Of a stretch of 64,000 bases of DNA, positions 37,801-50,370 are shown one piece after another; position 1 is the stretch's first letter, and the number at the start of each line of letters is the position of its first letter. This stretch comes from Hyaloraphidium curvatum SAG 235-1 (Eukaryota; Fungi; Monoblepharomycota), in the NCBI GenBank assembly GCA_025558095.1, contig JAIVFI010000021.1, positions 642,499-706,498 on the forward strand, read 5' to 3'. Under the pieces are notes generated by a model. It was not told where the DNA came from. It saw only the letters and a list, made by a program, of their open reading frames with translations, and made no database searches. The position numbers and the translations under genes were made by a program.

Positions 37801-40800
37801 GGGATACGAATCCCACCTTCCTCATGCTGGATGCCCTCTGCTCTTTTGCCCCTCTGAATGCTATTCTGTTCCACTCCAAGGGCACTGCACATCCGTTCCC
37901 TGCAGCAATAAGCTTTTCTGTTGCTGCCCAGCCGTGCCGCCAGCCCAACAGACAGGGATGGAACGGCATTTGCGTCACCAATACATCTGATTCCTGATGC
38001 TGACCATCTATGGGATCTGGAGCCTCAACGAGCATGGGATACGAATCCCACCTTCCTCGCGCGGGATACGAATCCCACCTTCCTCAACTAGTGCATTCCA
38101 CTCTTTTGTCCCTCTGAATGCTATTCTGTTCCACTCCAAGGGCACTGCACATCCGTTCCCTGCAGCAATAAGCTTTTCTGTTGCTGCCCAGCCGTGCCGC
38201 CAGCCCAACAGACAGGGATGGAACGGTATTTGCGTCACCAATACATCTGATTCCTGATGCTGACCATCTATGGGATCTGGAGCCTCAACGAGCATGGGAT
38301 ACGAATCCCACCTTCCTCGCGCGGGATACGAATCCCACCTTCCTCAACTAGTGCATTCCACTCTTTTGTCCCTCTGAATGCTATTCTGTTCCACTCCAAG
38401 GGCACTGCACATCCGTTCCCTGCAGCAATAAGCTTTTCTGTTGCTGCCCAGCCGTGCCGCCAGCCCAACAGACAGGGATGGAACGGTATTTGCGTCACCA
38501 ATACATCTGATTCCTGATGCTGACCATCTATGGGATCTGGAGCCTCAACGAGCATGGGATACGAATCCCACCTTCCTCGCGCGGGATACGAATCCCACCT
38601 TCCTCAACTAGTGCATTCCACTCTTTTGTCCCTCTGAATGCTATTCTGTTCCACTCCAAGGGCACTGCACATCCGTTCCCTGCAGCAATAAGCTTTTCTG
38701 TTGCTGCCCAGCCGTGCCGCCAGCCCAACAGACAGGGATGGAACGGTATTTGCGTCACCAATACATCTGATTCCTGATGCTGACCATCTATGGGATCTGG
38801 AGCCTCAAGGAGCGTGGGATACGAATCCCACCTTCCTCATGCTGGATGCCCTCTGCTCTTTTGCCCCTCTGAATGCTATTCTGTTCCACTCCAAGGGCAC
38901 TGCACATCCGTTCCCTGCAGCAATAAGCTTTTCTGTTGCTGCCCAGCCGTGCCGCCAGCCCAACAGACAGGGATGGAACGGTATTTGCGTCACCAATACA
39001 TCTGATTCCTGATGCTGACCATCTATGGGATCTGGAGCCTCAAGGAGCGTGGGATACGAATCCCACCTTCCTCATGCTGGATGCCCTCTGCTCTTTTGCC
39101 CCTCTGAATGCTATTCTGTTCCACTCCAAGGGCACTGCACATCCGTTCCCTGCAGCAATAAGCTTTTCTGTTGCTGCCCAGCCGTGCCGCCAGCCCAACA
39201 GACAGGGATGGAACGGCATTTGCGTCACCAATACATCTGATTCCTGATGCTGACCATCTATGGGATCTGGAGCCTCAACGAGCATGGGATACGAATCCCA
39301 CCTTCCTCGCGCGGGATACGAATCCCACCTTCCTCAACTAGTGCATTCCACTCTTTTGTCCCTCTGAATGCTATTCTGTTCCACTCCAAGGGCACTGCAC
39401 ATCCGTTCCCTGCAGCAATAAGCTTTTCTGTTGCTGCCCAGCCGTGCCGCCAGCCCAACAGACAGGGATGGAACGGTATTTGCGTCACCAATACATCTGA
39501 TTCCTGATGCTGACCATCTATGGGATCTGGAGCCTCAACGAGCATGGGATACGAATCCCACCTTCCTCGCGCGGGATACGAATCCCACCTTCCTCAACTA
39601 GTGCATTCCACTCTTTTGTCCCTCTGAATGCTATTCTGTTCCACTCCAAGGGCACTGCACATCCGTTCCCTGCAGCAATAAGCTTTTCTGTTGCTGCCCA
39701 GCCGTGCCGCCAGCCCAACAGACAGGGATGGAACGGTATTTGCGTCACCAATACATCTGATTCCTGATGCTGACCATCTATGGGATCTGGAGCCTCAACG
39801 AGCATGGGATACGAATCCCACCTTCCTCGCGCGGGATACGAATCCCACCTTCCTCAACTAGTGCATTCCACTCTTTTGCCCCTCTGAATGCTATTCTGTT
39901 CCACTCCAAGGGCACTGCACATCCGTTCCCTGCAGCAATAAGCTTTTCTGTTGCTGCCCAGCCGTGCCGCCAGCCCAACAGACAGCAATGGAACGGCATT
40001 TGCGTCACCAATACATCTGATTCCTGATGCTGACCATCTATGGGATCTGGAGCCTCAACGAGCATGGGATACGAATCCCACCTTCCTCGCGCGGGATACG
40101 AATCCCACCTTCCTCAACTAGTGCATTCCACTCTTTTGTCCCTCTGAATGCTATTCTGTTCCACTCCAAGGGCACTGCACATCCGTTCCCTGCAGCAATA
40201 AGCTTTTCTGTTGCTGCCCAGCCGTGCCGCCAGCCCAACAGACAGGGATGGAACGGTATTTGCGTCACCAATACATCTGATTCCTGATGCTGACCATCTA
40301 TGGGATCTGGAGCCTCAAGGAGCGTGGGATACGAATCCCACCTTCCTCATGCTGGATGCCCTCTGCTCTTTTGCCCCTCTGAATGCTATTCTGTTCCACT
40401 CCAAGGGCACTGCACATCCGTTCCCTGCAGCAATAAGCTTTTCTGTTGCTGCCCAGCCGTGCCGCCAGCCCAACAGACAGGGATGGAACGGTATTTGCGT
40501 CACCAATACATCTGATTCCTGATGCTGACCATCTATGGGATCTGGAGCCTCAAGGAGCGTGGGATACGAATCCCACCTTCCTCATGCTGGATGCCCTCTG
40601 CTCTTTTGCCCCTCTGAATGCTATTCTGTTCCACTCCAAGGGCACTGCACATCCGTTCCCTGCAGCAATAAGCTTTTCTGTTGCTGCCCAGCCGTGCCGC
40701 CAGCCCAACAGACAGGGATGGAACGGCATTTGCGTCACCAATACATCTGATTCCTGATGCTGACCATCTATGGGATCTGGAGCCTCAACGAGCATGGGAT

Positions 40801-43481
40801 ACGAATCCCACCTTCCTCGCGCGGGATACGAATCCCACCTTCCTCAACTAGTGCATTCCACTCTTTTGTCCCTCTGAATGCTATTCTGTTCCACTCCAAG
40901 GGCACTGCACATCCGTTCCCTGCAGCAATAAGCTTTTCTGTTGCTGCCCAGCCGTGCCGCCAGCCCAACAGACAGGGATGGAACGGTATTTGCGTCACCA
41001 ATACATCTGATTCCTGATGCTGACCATCTATGGGATCTGGATCCTCAACGAGCATGGGATACGAATCCCACCTTCCTCGCGCGGGATACGAATCCCACCT
41101 TCCTCAACTAGTGCATTCCACTCTTTTGTCCCTCTGAATGCTATTCTGTTCCACTCCAAGGGCACTGCACATCCGTTCCCTGCAGCAATAAGCTTTTCTG
41201 TTGCTGCCCAGCCGTGCCGCCAGCCCAACAGACAGGGATGGAACGGTATTTGCGTCACCAATACATCTGATTCCTGATGCTGACCATCTATGGGATCTGG
41301 AGCCTCAACGAGCATGGGATACGAATCCCACCTTCCTCGCGCGGGATACGAATCCCACCTTCCTCAACTAGTGCATTCCACTCTTTTGTCCCTCTGAATG
41401 CTATTCTGTTCCACTCCAAGGGCACTGCACATCCGTTCCCTGCAGCAATAAGCTTTTCTGTTGCTGCCCAGCCGTGCCGCCAGCCCAACAGACAGGGATG
41501 GAACGGCATTTGCGTCACCAATACATCTGATTCCTGATGCTGACCATCTATGGGATCTGGAGCCTCAACGAGCATGGGATACGAATCCCACCTTCCTCGC
41601 GCGGGATACGAATCCTACCTTCCTCAACTAGTGCATTCCACTCTTTTGTCCCTCTGAGTGCTATTCTGTTCCACTCCAAGGGCACTGCACATCCGTTCCC
41701 TGCAGCAATAAGCTTTTCTGTTGCTGCCCAGCCGTGCCGCCAGCCCAACAGACAGGGATGGAACGGTATTTGCGTCACCAATACATCTGATTCCTGATGC
41801 TGACCATCTATGGGATCTGGAGCCTCAACGAGCATGGGATACGAATCCCACCTTCCTCGCGCGGGATACGAATCCCACCTTCCTCAACTAGTGCATTCCA
41901 CTCTTTTGTCCCTCTGAATGCTATTCTGTTCCACTCCAAGGGCACTGCACATCCGTTCCCTGCAGCAATAAGCTTTTCTGTTGCTGCCCAGCCGTGCCGC
42001 CAGCCCAACAGACAGGGATGGAACGGTATTTGCGTCACCAATACATCTGATTCCTGATGCTGACCATCTATGGGATCTGGAGCCTCAAGGAGCGTGGGAT
42101 ACGAATCCCACCTTCCTCATGCTGGATGCCCTCTGCTCTTTTGCCCCTCTGAATGCTATTCTGTTCCACTCCAAGGGCACTGCACATCCGTTCCCTGCAG
42201 CAATAAGCTTTTCTGTTGCTGCCCAGCCGTGCCGCCAGCCCAACAGACAGGGATGGAACGGCATTTGCGTCACCAATACATCTGATTCCTGATGCTGACC
42301 ATCTATGGGATCTGGAGCCTCAAGGAGCGTGGGATACGAATCCCACCTTCCTCATGCTGGATGCCCTCTGCTCTTTTGCCCCTCTGAATGCTATTCTGTT
42401 CCACTCCAAGGGCACTGCACATCCGTTCCCTGCAGCAATAAGCTTTTCTGTTGCTGCCCAGCCGTGCCGCCAGCCCAACAGACAGGGATGGAACGGCATT
42501 TGCGTCACCAATACATCTGATTCCTGATGCTGACCATCTATGGGATCTGGAGCCTCAAGGAGCGTGGGATACGAATCCCACCTTCCTCATGCTGGATGCC
42601 CTCTGCTCTTTTGCCCCTCTGAATGCTATTCTGTTCCACTCCAAGGGCACTGCACATCCGTTCCCTGCAGCAATAAGCTTTTCTGTTGCTGCCCAGCCGT
42701 GCCGCCAGCCCAACAGACAGGGATGGAACGGTATTTGCGTCACCAATACATCTGATTCCTGATGCTGACCATCTATGGGATCTGGAGCCTCAAGGAGCGT
42801 GGGATACGAATCCCACCTTCCTCATGCTGGATGCCCTCTGCTCTTTTGCCCCTCTGAATGCTATTCTGTTCCACTCCAAGGGCACTGCACATCCGTTCCC
42901 TGCAGCAATAAGCTTTTCTGTTGCTGCCCAGCCGTGCCGCCAGCCCAACAGACAGGGATGGAACGGCATTTGCGTCACCAATACATCTGATTCCTGATGC
43001 TGACCATCTATGGGATCTGGAGCCTCAACGAGCATGGGATACGAATCCCACCTTCCTCGCGCGGGATACGAATCCCACCTTCCTCAACTAGTGCATTCCA
43101 CTCTTTTGTCCCTCTGAATGCTATTCTGTTCCACTCCAAGGGCACTGCACATCCGTTCCCTGCAGCAATAAGCTTTTCTGTTGCTGCCCAGCCGTGCCGC
43201 CAGCCCAACAGACAGGGATGGAACGGTATTTGCGTCACCAATACATCTGATTCCTGATGCTGACCATCTATGGGATCTGGAGCCTCAACGAGCATGGGAT
43301 ACGAATCCCACCTTCCTCGCGCGGGATACGAATCCCACCTTCCTCAACTAGTGCATTCCACTCTTTTGTCCCTCTGAATGCTATTCTGTTCCACTCCAAG
43401 GGCACTGCACATCCGTTCCCTGCAGCAATAAGCTTTTCTGTTGCTGCCCAGCCGTGCCGCCAGCCCAACAGACAGCAATGG
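31824..43481 (+). repeat. Mixed 260/235-bp monomer sub-array (~47 units, last truncated by the Copia LTR)
   Basis: The 260-bp unit has a 27-nt duplication of the T-arm segment; the 235-bp unit has an alternative trailer TGCTGGATGCCCTCTG; one 233-bp unit at 32084. Confidence 0.95.
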
Positions 43482-43705
43482 TGTTGGAGTGGCTATGGGG
43501 CGTGGGGAAGACGTAGCCCCAGTGGTCTGAACCGGGTCAGAACTCAGATGGACGGGATGGGGAGAGGGACAGTTTCACGTTGACCCGTCGTCCATTCCCT
43601 TGCGATGACAAGTCCCTAGATGACCCCTCCGGTCGTACCCAAGTATCCCCACACGCCAATAGACTCCCTATTGATACAGAATCGTAGCAACGATCCATTC
43701 CAACA
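43482..43705 (-). repeat. Copia 3' LTR (224 bp)
   Basis: TG...CA ends with 7-bp terminal inverted repeats; near-identical to 48832-48979 over the shared part. Confidence 0.93.
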
Positions 43706-43753
43706 CTCCCCCTCGTTGCAAGATTCCCAAGAAGTGTCCAGAAATCCCCAAAG

Positions 43754-46700
43754 TTAGTCACAAATCTCTACAATTCCCATAAGTGCCCTGAAACGTTGAA
43801 ACTTCTCCCTTGGTAGCTGTTTGGTGAGGAGATCCGCAAGCTGGTCCTCTGTGTTGATGTACTTCAGCTGTATCTCTCCACTATCAATTTTCTCCCTCAC
43901 AAAATGGTACTGCACTCCAATGTGCTTGGTACGTTCGTGAAAGACAGGATTCTGCGCCAGCTTGATAGCCCCCTCATTGTCCTCCTTGATGACTGTTGGC
44001 CCTTGCTGAGGAAATCCCAATTCCTCCAATAAACTCCTTAGCCACGCAACTTGACGTCCAGCATAAGATAGAGCCATGTACTCGGCCTCTGTTGTTGAAA
44101 GAGCCACCACTGGTTGCAGTTGCGACTTGTAGATGATAAGACCGTTCCCCATCATCACTACAACCCCAGTTGTTGACTTCCCAGTGTCAAGATCCCCAGC
44201 AAAACTGGCGTCTGCATATCCATGCAATGCTTTGGTCATGTCCAGATTCGGATCCCTCTTGTAAACCATGCCAAAGTCAGCTGTTCCCTTCAAGTATCTG
44301 GTTGTCTTCTTGACTTGCTCCACTGCTTCACGAGTAGGTGCCATCCCATGACGGCTCTCCGTGATAATAGGTAAGGCAATGTCCGGCCTGGTGAAGTTCA
44401 TGGCATACATCCAGCTTCCCACCATTGATCTGAACGGAAAACGTCCGATTTCCTGCTCCTCAGCAGCAGACAACTCCGTCTTCCGTTTCCTGAGCTTCAC
44501 CCCAACGTCCATAGGTACAGAAACTGCGTTGCAAGTGTCCATTCCGAAATCCTCCAAAGCCTTATTGATGTAGTTGGACTGCTTGATTGTGATTGTTCCA
44601 GCCTTCTCGTCCTGCTTGATTTCCAAAGCCAGGAACTTTTTCATGCGACCCATGTAACGTATCTTAATCCGCTTTCCCAGCTCCTCAAGAAATGCAATCG
44701 TCCGTTTTTCGTCCGTTGAGCTACATCCAAAGTCGTCCACATGAATAATCATCAAAAGAAACCAATCATCTTGCCGCAGAAAGTAGATGCAGTACTCCTT
44801 TGAGCAACGTATAAGCCCCATCTCCGTGAGTATCTCGTGCAGGTGTCTGTGCCAAGCACGTGCAGCTTGCACAAGTCCATAAACCGCGACTCCAGGTCGA
44901 ATTACAGTAGGTCTTCCATCAGTAAACTCAGGTAAATCCATCCCTTGAGCTGGATACAAGTAAACTTCCTCGTTCTCCTGGAGCTTAGCCTGTAGGAATG
45001 CCGCGTTTGCATCTGCCTGATGTACAATCATGTTGTTCTGAGCAGAAAGCCAAAAGAAAGCCGTACAGCAGCAGCAGAAGGTACAGGTGCAAAGGATTGA
45101 CCAAAAGAAGATGGATCCTGCCAATCACCCCTTGCCACCCATCGAGCCTTGTAGTTTTCCTCCCCCACAATGCTGCCATCAGCTCCAGGTTTGAGGTCAA
45201 ATACAAATTGGCTTCCAACCGCGAATTTTTCCTTGCCCTCAGGCAATCCCATGATGTTGTACGCATCTCTGCTCTTGAAGTTGCCAATCTCACGTTCCAT
45301 TGCCTTGGCCCACATCTCACGATCCTCTGAACGCATTGCCTCTGCATAGTTCCGTGGTACACGTGCTCCAGTGCTTGCAGCAAAGATTCCATCCATGTGT
45401 GCCATGTCCTCCCAAGTTGGTAGGTGTCCCTGCCAGTCCAGGTGGTCCTGGACCTCCTCCATCAGGAAATTGATCGATTCCAGCGTGATCACGTTGATCT
45501 CCTTCTCGTTGCTCGTGTTGGGGGCTTTCCACCACTCCCCAGGAGGTCTTGGAGCTCTGCTGGATGACCTTGTAGGAAAAGGTATCTTGGAACCCGTTCC
45601 AGCCGCCCCAGCGCCTCCCTGAGCTCCGCTGCTTGATGAAGATGCTCCTCCAGGCTCCCCACGTTGGTCTGTGGCTTCCCTAGCCGCACGATCACCAGAA
45701 AGTTGCGATCCACCAACTGCCTTTCCTCCCCCTGGATCGCCACTTCCACTGCTCCCAGAGCCTCTTCCACGAGCCACCAGCTCGTCCTCACTTTCGCTCT
45801 GAGCTCGTTGATCGCGTGACAGACGTAAATCCGCGCCTCGGCTGCCGGAACTTGAAGATTGATGTTGAGTACCTCCAACTTCCAGTCTTTGACCTCCTCC
45901 CCCGGCCTCCTGGCGCTCAGGTTGACGCTGCACACGGTCTCCCTGTGTCCCACGATGCTCCTGGTTGCCGTCGTCGATAGGATCTGCGGAACGGACCCGC
46001 CGTGGCGTCTCCGGTGACGCCTCCAATTCCTCAGGCTGCGCCGACTCCTCCACTGCAAGTCGACGGTTCAATACAGCGCTCGGGTCCGCGTCCTCAGGTA
46101 GTTTTTCGACCGAAACTCCGCTTTCCAGAACCCGCATGTAGCTCTTGAGCGTCTTGTTTGACCAGCGTTCCTCGAAAACGACATCACGTGAGTCAAAAAT
46201 CCGCCCGGTCTCAAAATTCTGGACCGTAAATGCCTTCGATCGCGAGCTCATTCCCAGGTAGCGGCATTGTACCGCCTTAGCATCCCATTTGCCGCGCTTA
46301 TCCTTGTCGACGATCGCGTAACACGTTTCTCCGAAACGTCGGATGTGGCTAATGTTCGCCCGTCTCCCAGTCAGCAGTTGAAACGGCGTAGACCCTTTCT
46401 GCCACGTCTTTGTGTTCGGCAAACGATTCCGTGTGTTGATGTGATGATGCAGTGCGTATCCCCATAACGACTTCGGCGCTTTCGAGTCGATCAGGATGGT
46501 CCGGGTCCCTTCCTCAGCCGTCCGGTTCCGCCGCTCAATGACTCCGTTCTGCGCAGGCCGATTCATTACCGACGATTCCAACTTGATTCCCTCGTTCTTG
46601 CAGTACGCTTCGAGCCGTTTTGACGAGAATTCACCTCCGGGATCGACCCGCATGCATCCGACCTTTAGGCTGAACTGGTTCTTCACCCACTCGGCAAAGT

Positions 46701-48657
46701 GCATCATCCAGTCCTCCGCCTCCGATTTGTGCTTCAATAGGAACGCAAACTCCGCAGAAGTGTACTCGTCGACTGCATGCAATGCCCAGCGTTCTCCATG
46801 CACCGTTGCAACGTCCGATTGTATCAGGTCCCAGTGAGTCAGCTCAAACGGCCGCGAGACTTTCCGCTCCGACTCCGGATAGGGCAACTGATGCATCTTC
46901 CCCATCACGCACTCCTTACAGAAGTTGTTGTGGTTTCCAGCAAACACGTACTCCTCCAATCCATCCACAATCCCAGCCTGTTGAACCTTCCTGAGTGCCG
47001 CGATCGGGTAGTGCCCGCAGCGCCCATGCGCAATCTCCGCGCTCAAATCCCCTTCCTGAGCACTCAGCATGATCTGTTCGTCATGCTCGTTGAGGATTTC
47101 CGCGTTGAGATAGTAAACGTGACGATCTATGCGGCAAGTGCCCCGCACGTCGCCGCCCTTGGTGATGGCCCCTCCATCCGGACCCAGAAGCGTGTAGTAT
47201 CCCATCTGCCCCAGTCTCCCAATCGAAATGAGCGTTGCAGGAAGATCTTTGATGAAAAGCACATCTTCCAGGGTGACGATGTCGCCAGAATTGGTGAGCT
47301 TGATCTTGAGCTTTCCGACTTCGATCGCACGCGCGATCCCTTTTCCCATTCGAACATCAACTGCATCGCACGGCTTGATGCCGTAGAGCAGTTCCCTGAT
47401 TCCCGTCGCGTGCACGGACGCGCCGCTATCCCCCATCAGCCTGCCGCGCATCTCCTGGCCCGTCTTCGCCGCGTGCACGACGTGTTCCGGGGGTTTTTCG
47501 TATCGACCGTCCCCCGTCGTCTCCCCATCGTTTCCCTCGATTCCGCCCTCCATCATGAACAGGAACGCGCCGAATCGATCTTCCAGATCGGGGAGATCGC
47601 CCAGGGTGAGCGTGTTCTGCTGCTCTCGTGCCGTTTTCCCATCGTCCTTCCTCCAGCACACGGCCTCGAGATGACCGTCCTTTCCGCACTTGTTGCAGGT
47701 TTTGTCACGATGGGTGCAGTCCTTCTTGACGTGTCCACCCTTCCCGCAGCAGAGGCACGTGATTCCCGAGCCGTTTTTGCCCTCCGCCGTGGCCTGCCGA
47801 CCCCCGCGATTTCCGAACCCTCGCCCGCGACCCCTTGAACCCCCGCGGTCACCTCCATGGCCACCCCGTGATCCTCCGCGACCCCTGCCACGGTTTAGAG
47901 CGTACATCAACGTGTTTGGAGCGGGATTCACGGTTATGTTGGCTGCCCCAGGTGAGTACGTATCACCATTTTGCTCAGCTCGCTTGATCATAGTCTCCTC
48001 TTCCATCTCCATCCTCTTCTGAAGGTATGCAACGTTCAAGATAGGGTGTTTCTTCACTCCATTTTCAGTCTTCCACTCGTGTTTGGTCTGTGCTCCCAGC
48101 CAAATGCCGTCAATCTCGGCCCGGACTTGATCGAACTCAGGTAGGTCCTTCAGGACTTTCCTCCAGATGCTCATATCATCGTCATCTCCCTTCAGCTTTC
48201 CCAGTGCTTCAACTTCCATCTTTTTCTGCATGAAGCGGGTAAAATTCGGAGCCACCCGGTCGGTTTTGATGAACTCAAAGCTGTAGTACTGGACCTCGGC
48301 GTTCCCTTGCTGCGCCACATTTTCCGTCACGAAACGCTTCTCTAGGTAGTCCCAGATGTCCTTAGCAGTGTCCATCCTGCTGCAGATCCTTTTGAGACCA
48401 ATAGAGAGTGATCCTACCAGGATCCCTTGAGCTTTCTGGTCCTTCGTGTTCCAGGCTGACAAATCATCTTCCGTCTTTCCTCCCTGCCCTACCACGGGCT
48501 TTGCCACCTTTCCAGTCACAATTTGCCAGTCACTCTCCCTCTGGAGCTTGGCCTTGATGTCAATTAACCAATCCTGGTAATTGGTTTGTGATCCGGTTTC
48601 CTCGAGCTTGGCCCCCCCAAACAATGCCACACGGGTTCCTCCGACCGAAATCTCCAT
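43754..48657 (-). CDS. Copia gag-pol polyprotein with one frameshift near 45055
   Basis: Two CCHC knuckles, DSGAS protease, HGRCGH/CKEC and integrase core, KARWVARG, RT HVDD, RNase H YADASFA and ALSTTEAEY, HERTKHI. Confidence 0.92.
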
Positions 48658-49005
48658 CCCGGCCGCCGCAGCACCTCTAGTGCTTCACGCGCTCTTTCTA
48701 GCGCCCACTGAGTCCACCCAGGCGGTCCTGGAGACCAGACTCAGCTGGATGCGGTCCCCTCGGCTGGTTGCGCCACACGCAACTTCAAAGCCGCGCAAAA
48801 GTGTTCTGGACACCCTTTGGGCTCATAGACCTGTTGGAGTGGCTATGGGGCGTGGGGAAGACGTAGCCCCAGTGGTCTGAACCGGGTCAGAACTCAGATG
48901 GACGGGATGGGGAGAGGGACAGTTTCACGTTGACCCGTTGTCCATTCCCTTGCGATGACAAGTCCCTAGATGACCCTCCATACTCCAGTCAAACCCCCGA
49001 AGATC

Positions 49006-50370
49006 ATGGCTCTGAGGGAGCTCCAGAACCTCCAAAGCGGCTCATTGGGCCGCTTGAGAGTCTTGGAGCAACCTCTGGGGGCTGCGAGGTCTCGTGCTTC
49101 TCAGCGCGACCCCGCGAGCGAGTCTGGCGCGAAGACCCCAGCGCCAGACACACCGCCCCCCCGGGAACCCTCGCAACCCCCTATACCACCCACCAAACGT
49201 ATCGGCGGACCACCGCGGGCAACAGCGGGGCCAACGCCCGCCGGTTGTGCCGAGATTCGGGTCGACAACACGACGGCGGTTGCGGGGCCAAACAACCAAC
49301 CGCCCCGAATCTCCCCTCAACTACCCGGCTCCGCTCGGCGGCCGACCGTCCGCACTTATGTTCAAAGGCTGAGCGTCACTCCCGTCGAGAATGGAGGAGC
49401 GGATCAAATCGCGAAGCTCGCGGACGGGATGCGCGACATGCGGTCTCGCCTGGACGCTCAGGAAGCGCTCATTGGAGCCCAGAGCGCGCAGCTTCTAGAC
49501 GCGATGGCGACGATTCGCGCGCAAGAAGCGCGGATAAGCGAGCTGGAGAAGGCCAACCGCGAGTCGGAGGTCCGCCTCGACCGCAAGCTGGACGCGATGA
49601 AGGCACTCGCCGACATGGCCAAGGTTCACGCCGATAACACGCAGTGGGCCGCGATCGAGACGAAAAAGATCGAGGAAGCGCTTCTGCTCGCCGAAGAAGC
49701 GCCCGCGGGAACGGGGTGGACCACAACTCGGAAGAGGGGCCCGCGGAGGCCGACTACCGCCGCTCCTATCTCTGAGCCGGACCCTTGGGCCGTCGGACCA
49801 CAAACGCCCGAAGAGCGCGATCAAGAGCGTGCCATAAAGGAGACGCTCGCGTGCAAAGGGAGGATCCGCCGGGCGCCCGAAAGTGCGAAGACCGGAGAAG
49901 GCGCCCGTGACCTCCTCAAGCGCTGCGCCCTCGACCTGCCGCACGACCACAAGGACCGTGAGGCGCTCGTTCAGCGGACCGATGCGCTCAAGGAGATCGT
50001 GGTGGACAAGTGGTACCTCACGGGAAATCGCACCTTTGACCTCCAGCTCACGTTCTCGACCGAGGAGGACCGCGAGACGCTCATTCGGCTCAACGAGGCT
50101 GGAGCCCTGAAGCACCTGGCTGCGTACGCGAGCCGCGAGAAGACGTGGATGCAGAAGAACCGGTCTACTGCGCAGTACCACCTGGTCCAGCAGATGGAGA
50201 AGGATGGGATTCCCTTCCGCCGCGACGGCCCGAAGATCGTCTACATGCCGCCGGAAACAGGCCTGGAAACGACGCTCACCATGGAAAAGATTGAAGCAAA
50301 GTCGCGCGAGCTTTGGGAGACGCGCCAGACTGCACGCGCGAACGCTGGAGAGCGTCTTGCGCGCGGCTAG
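49006..50370 (+). CDS. LINE ORF1 (Pro-rich N-terminus, coiled coil); start uncertain
   Basis: Long ORF directly upstream of APE-RT; heptad-like segment QIAKLADGMRDMRSRLDAQE... Confidence 0.75.
   Translation: MALRELQNLQSGSLGRLRVLEQPLGAARSRASQRDPASESGAKTPAPDTPPPREPSQPPIPPTKRIGGPPRATAGPTPAGCAEIRVDNTTAVAGPNNQPPRISPQLPGSARRPTVRTYVQRLSVTPVENGGADQIAKLADGMRDMRSRLDAQEALIGAQSAQLLDAMATIRAQEARISELEKANRESEVRLDRKLDAMKALADMAKVHADNTQWAAIETKKIEEALLLAEEAPAGTGWTTTRKRGPRRPTTAAPISEPDPWAVGPQTPEERDQERAIKETLACKGRIRRAPESAKTGEGARDLLKRCALDLPHDHKDREALVQRTDALKEIVVDKWYLTGNRTFDLQLTFSTEEDRETLIRLNEAGALKHLAAYASREKTWMQKNRSTAQYHLVQQMEKDGIPFRRDGPKIVYMPPETGLETTLTMEKIEAKSRELWETRQTARANAGERLARG

Larger units (their letters stand above)
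27933..43481 (+). repeat. tRNA-Leu-derived tandem satellite array, ~15.5 kb, monomers of 260, 235, 233 and 395 bp
   Basis: Near-identical units, periods read from the repeating ORF coordinates. Each unit has a tRNA 3' half (..GGAGCGTGGG-x-CGAATCCCACCTTCCTCA or close variant) plus the tRNA 3' trailer or a variant of it. Confidence 0.97.
43482..48979 (-). mobile_element. Ty1/Copia LTR retrotransposon inserted in the satellite; 5' LTR interrupted by a LINE
   Basis: LTR TGTTGGA...TCCAACA at 43482-43705; second LTR copy from 48832 to ~48979; PPT GAGGGGGAG (43706-43714, minus); PBS-like GGTCTATGAGCCC (48819-48831, minus); domain order gag-PR-IN-RT-RH. Confidence 0.95.

Noticed and set aside
27933-43481. 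CRISPR-like array
   Set aside because: Whole monomers are repeated with no unique spacers; eukaryotic context and no cas genes.
28103-43583. Dozens of short repeated ORFs in the satellite
   Set aside because: By-products of tandem repetition; they overlap tRNA-derived sequence and have no recognisable protein motifs.
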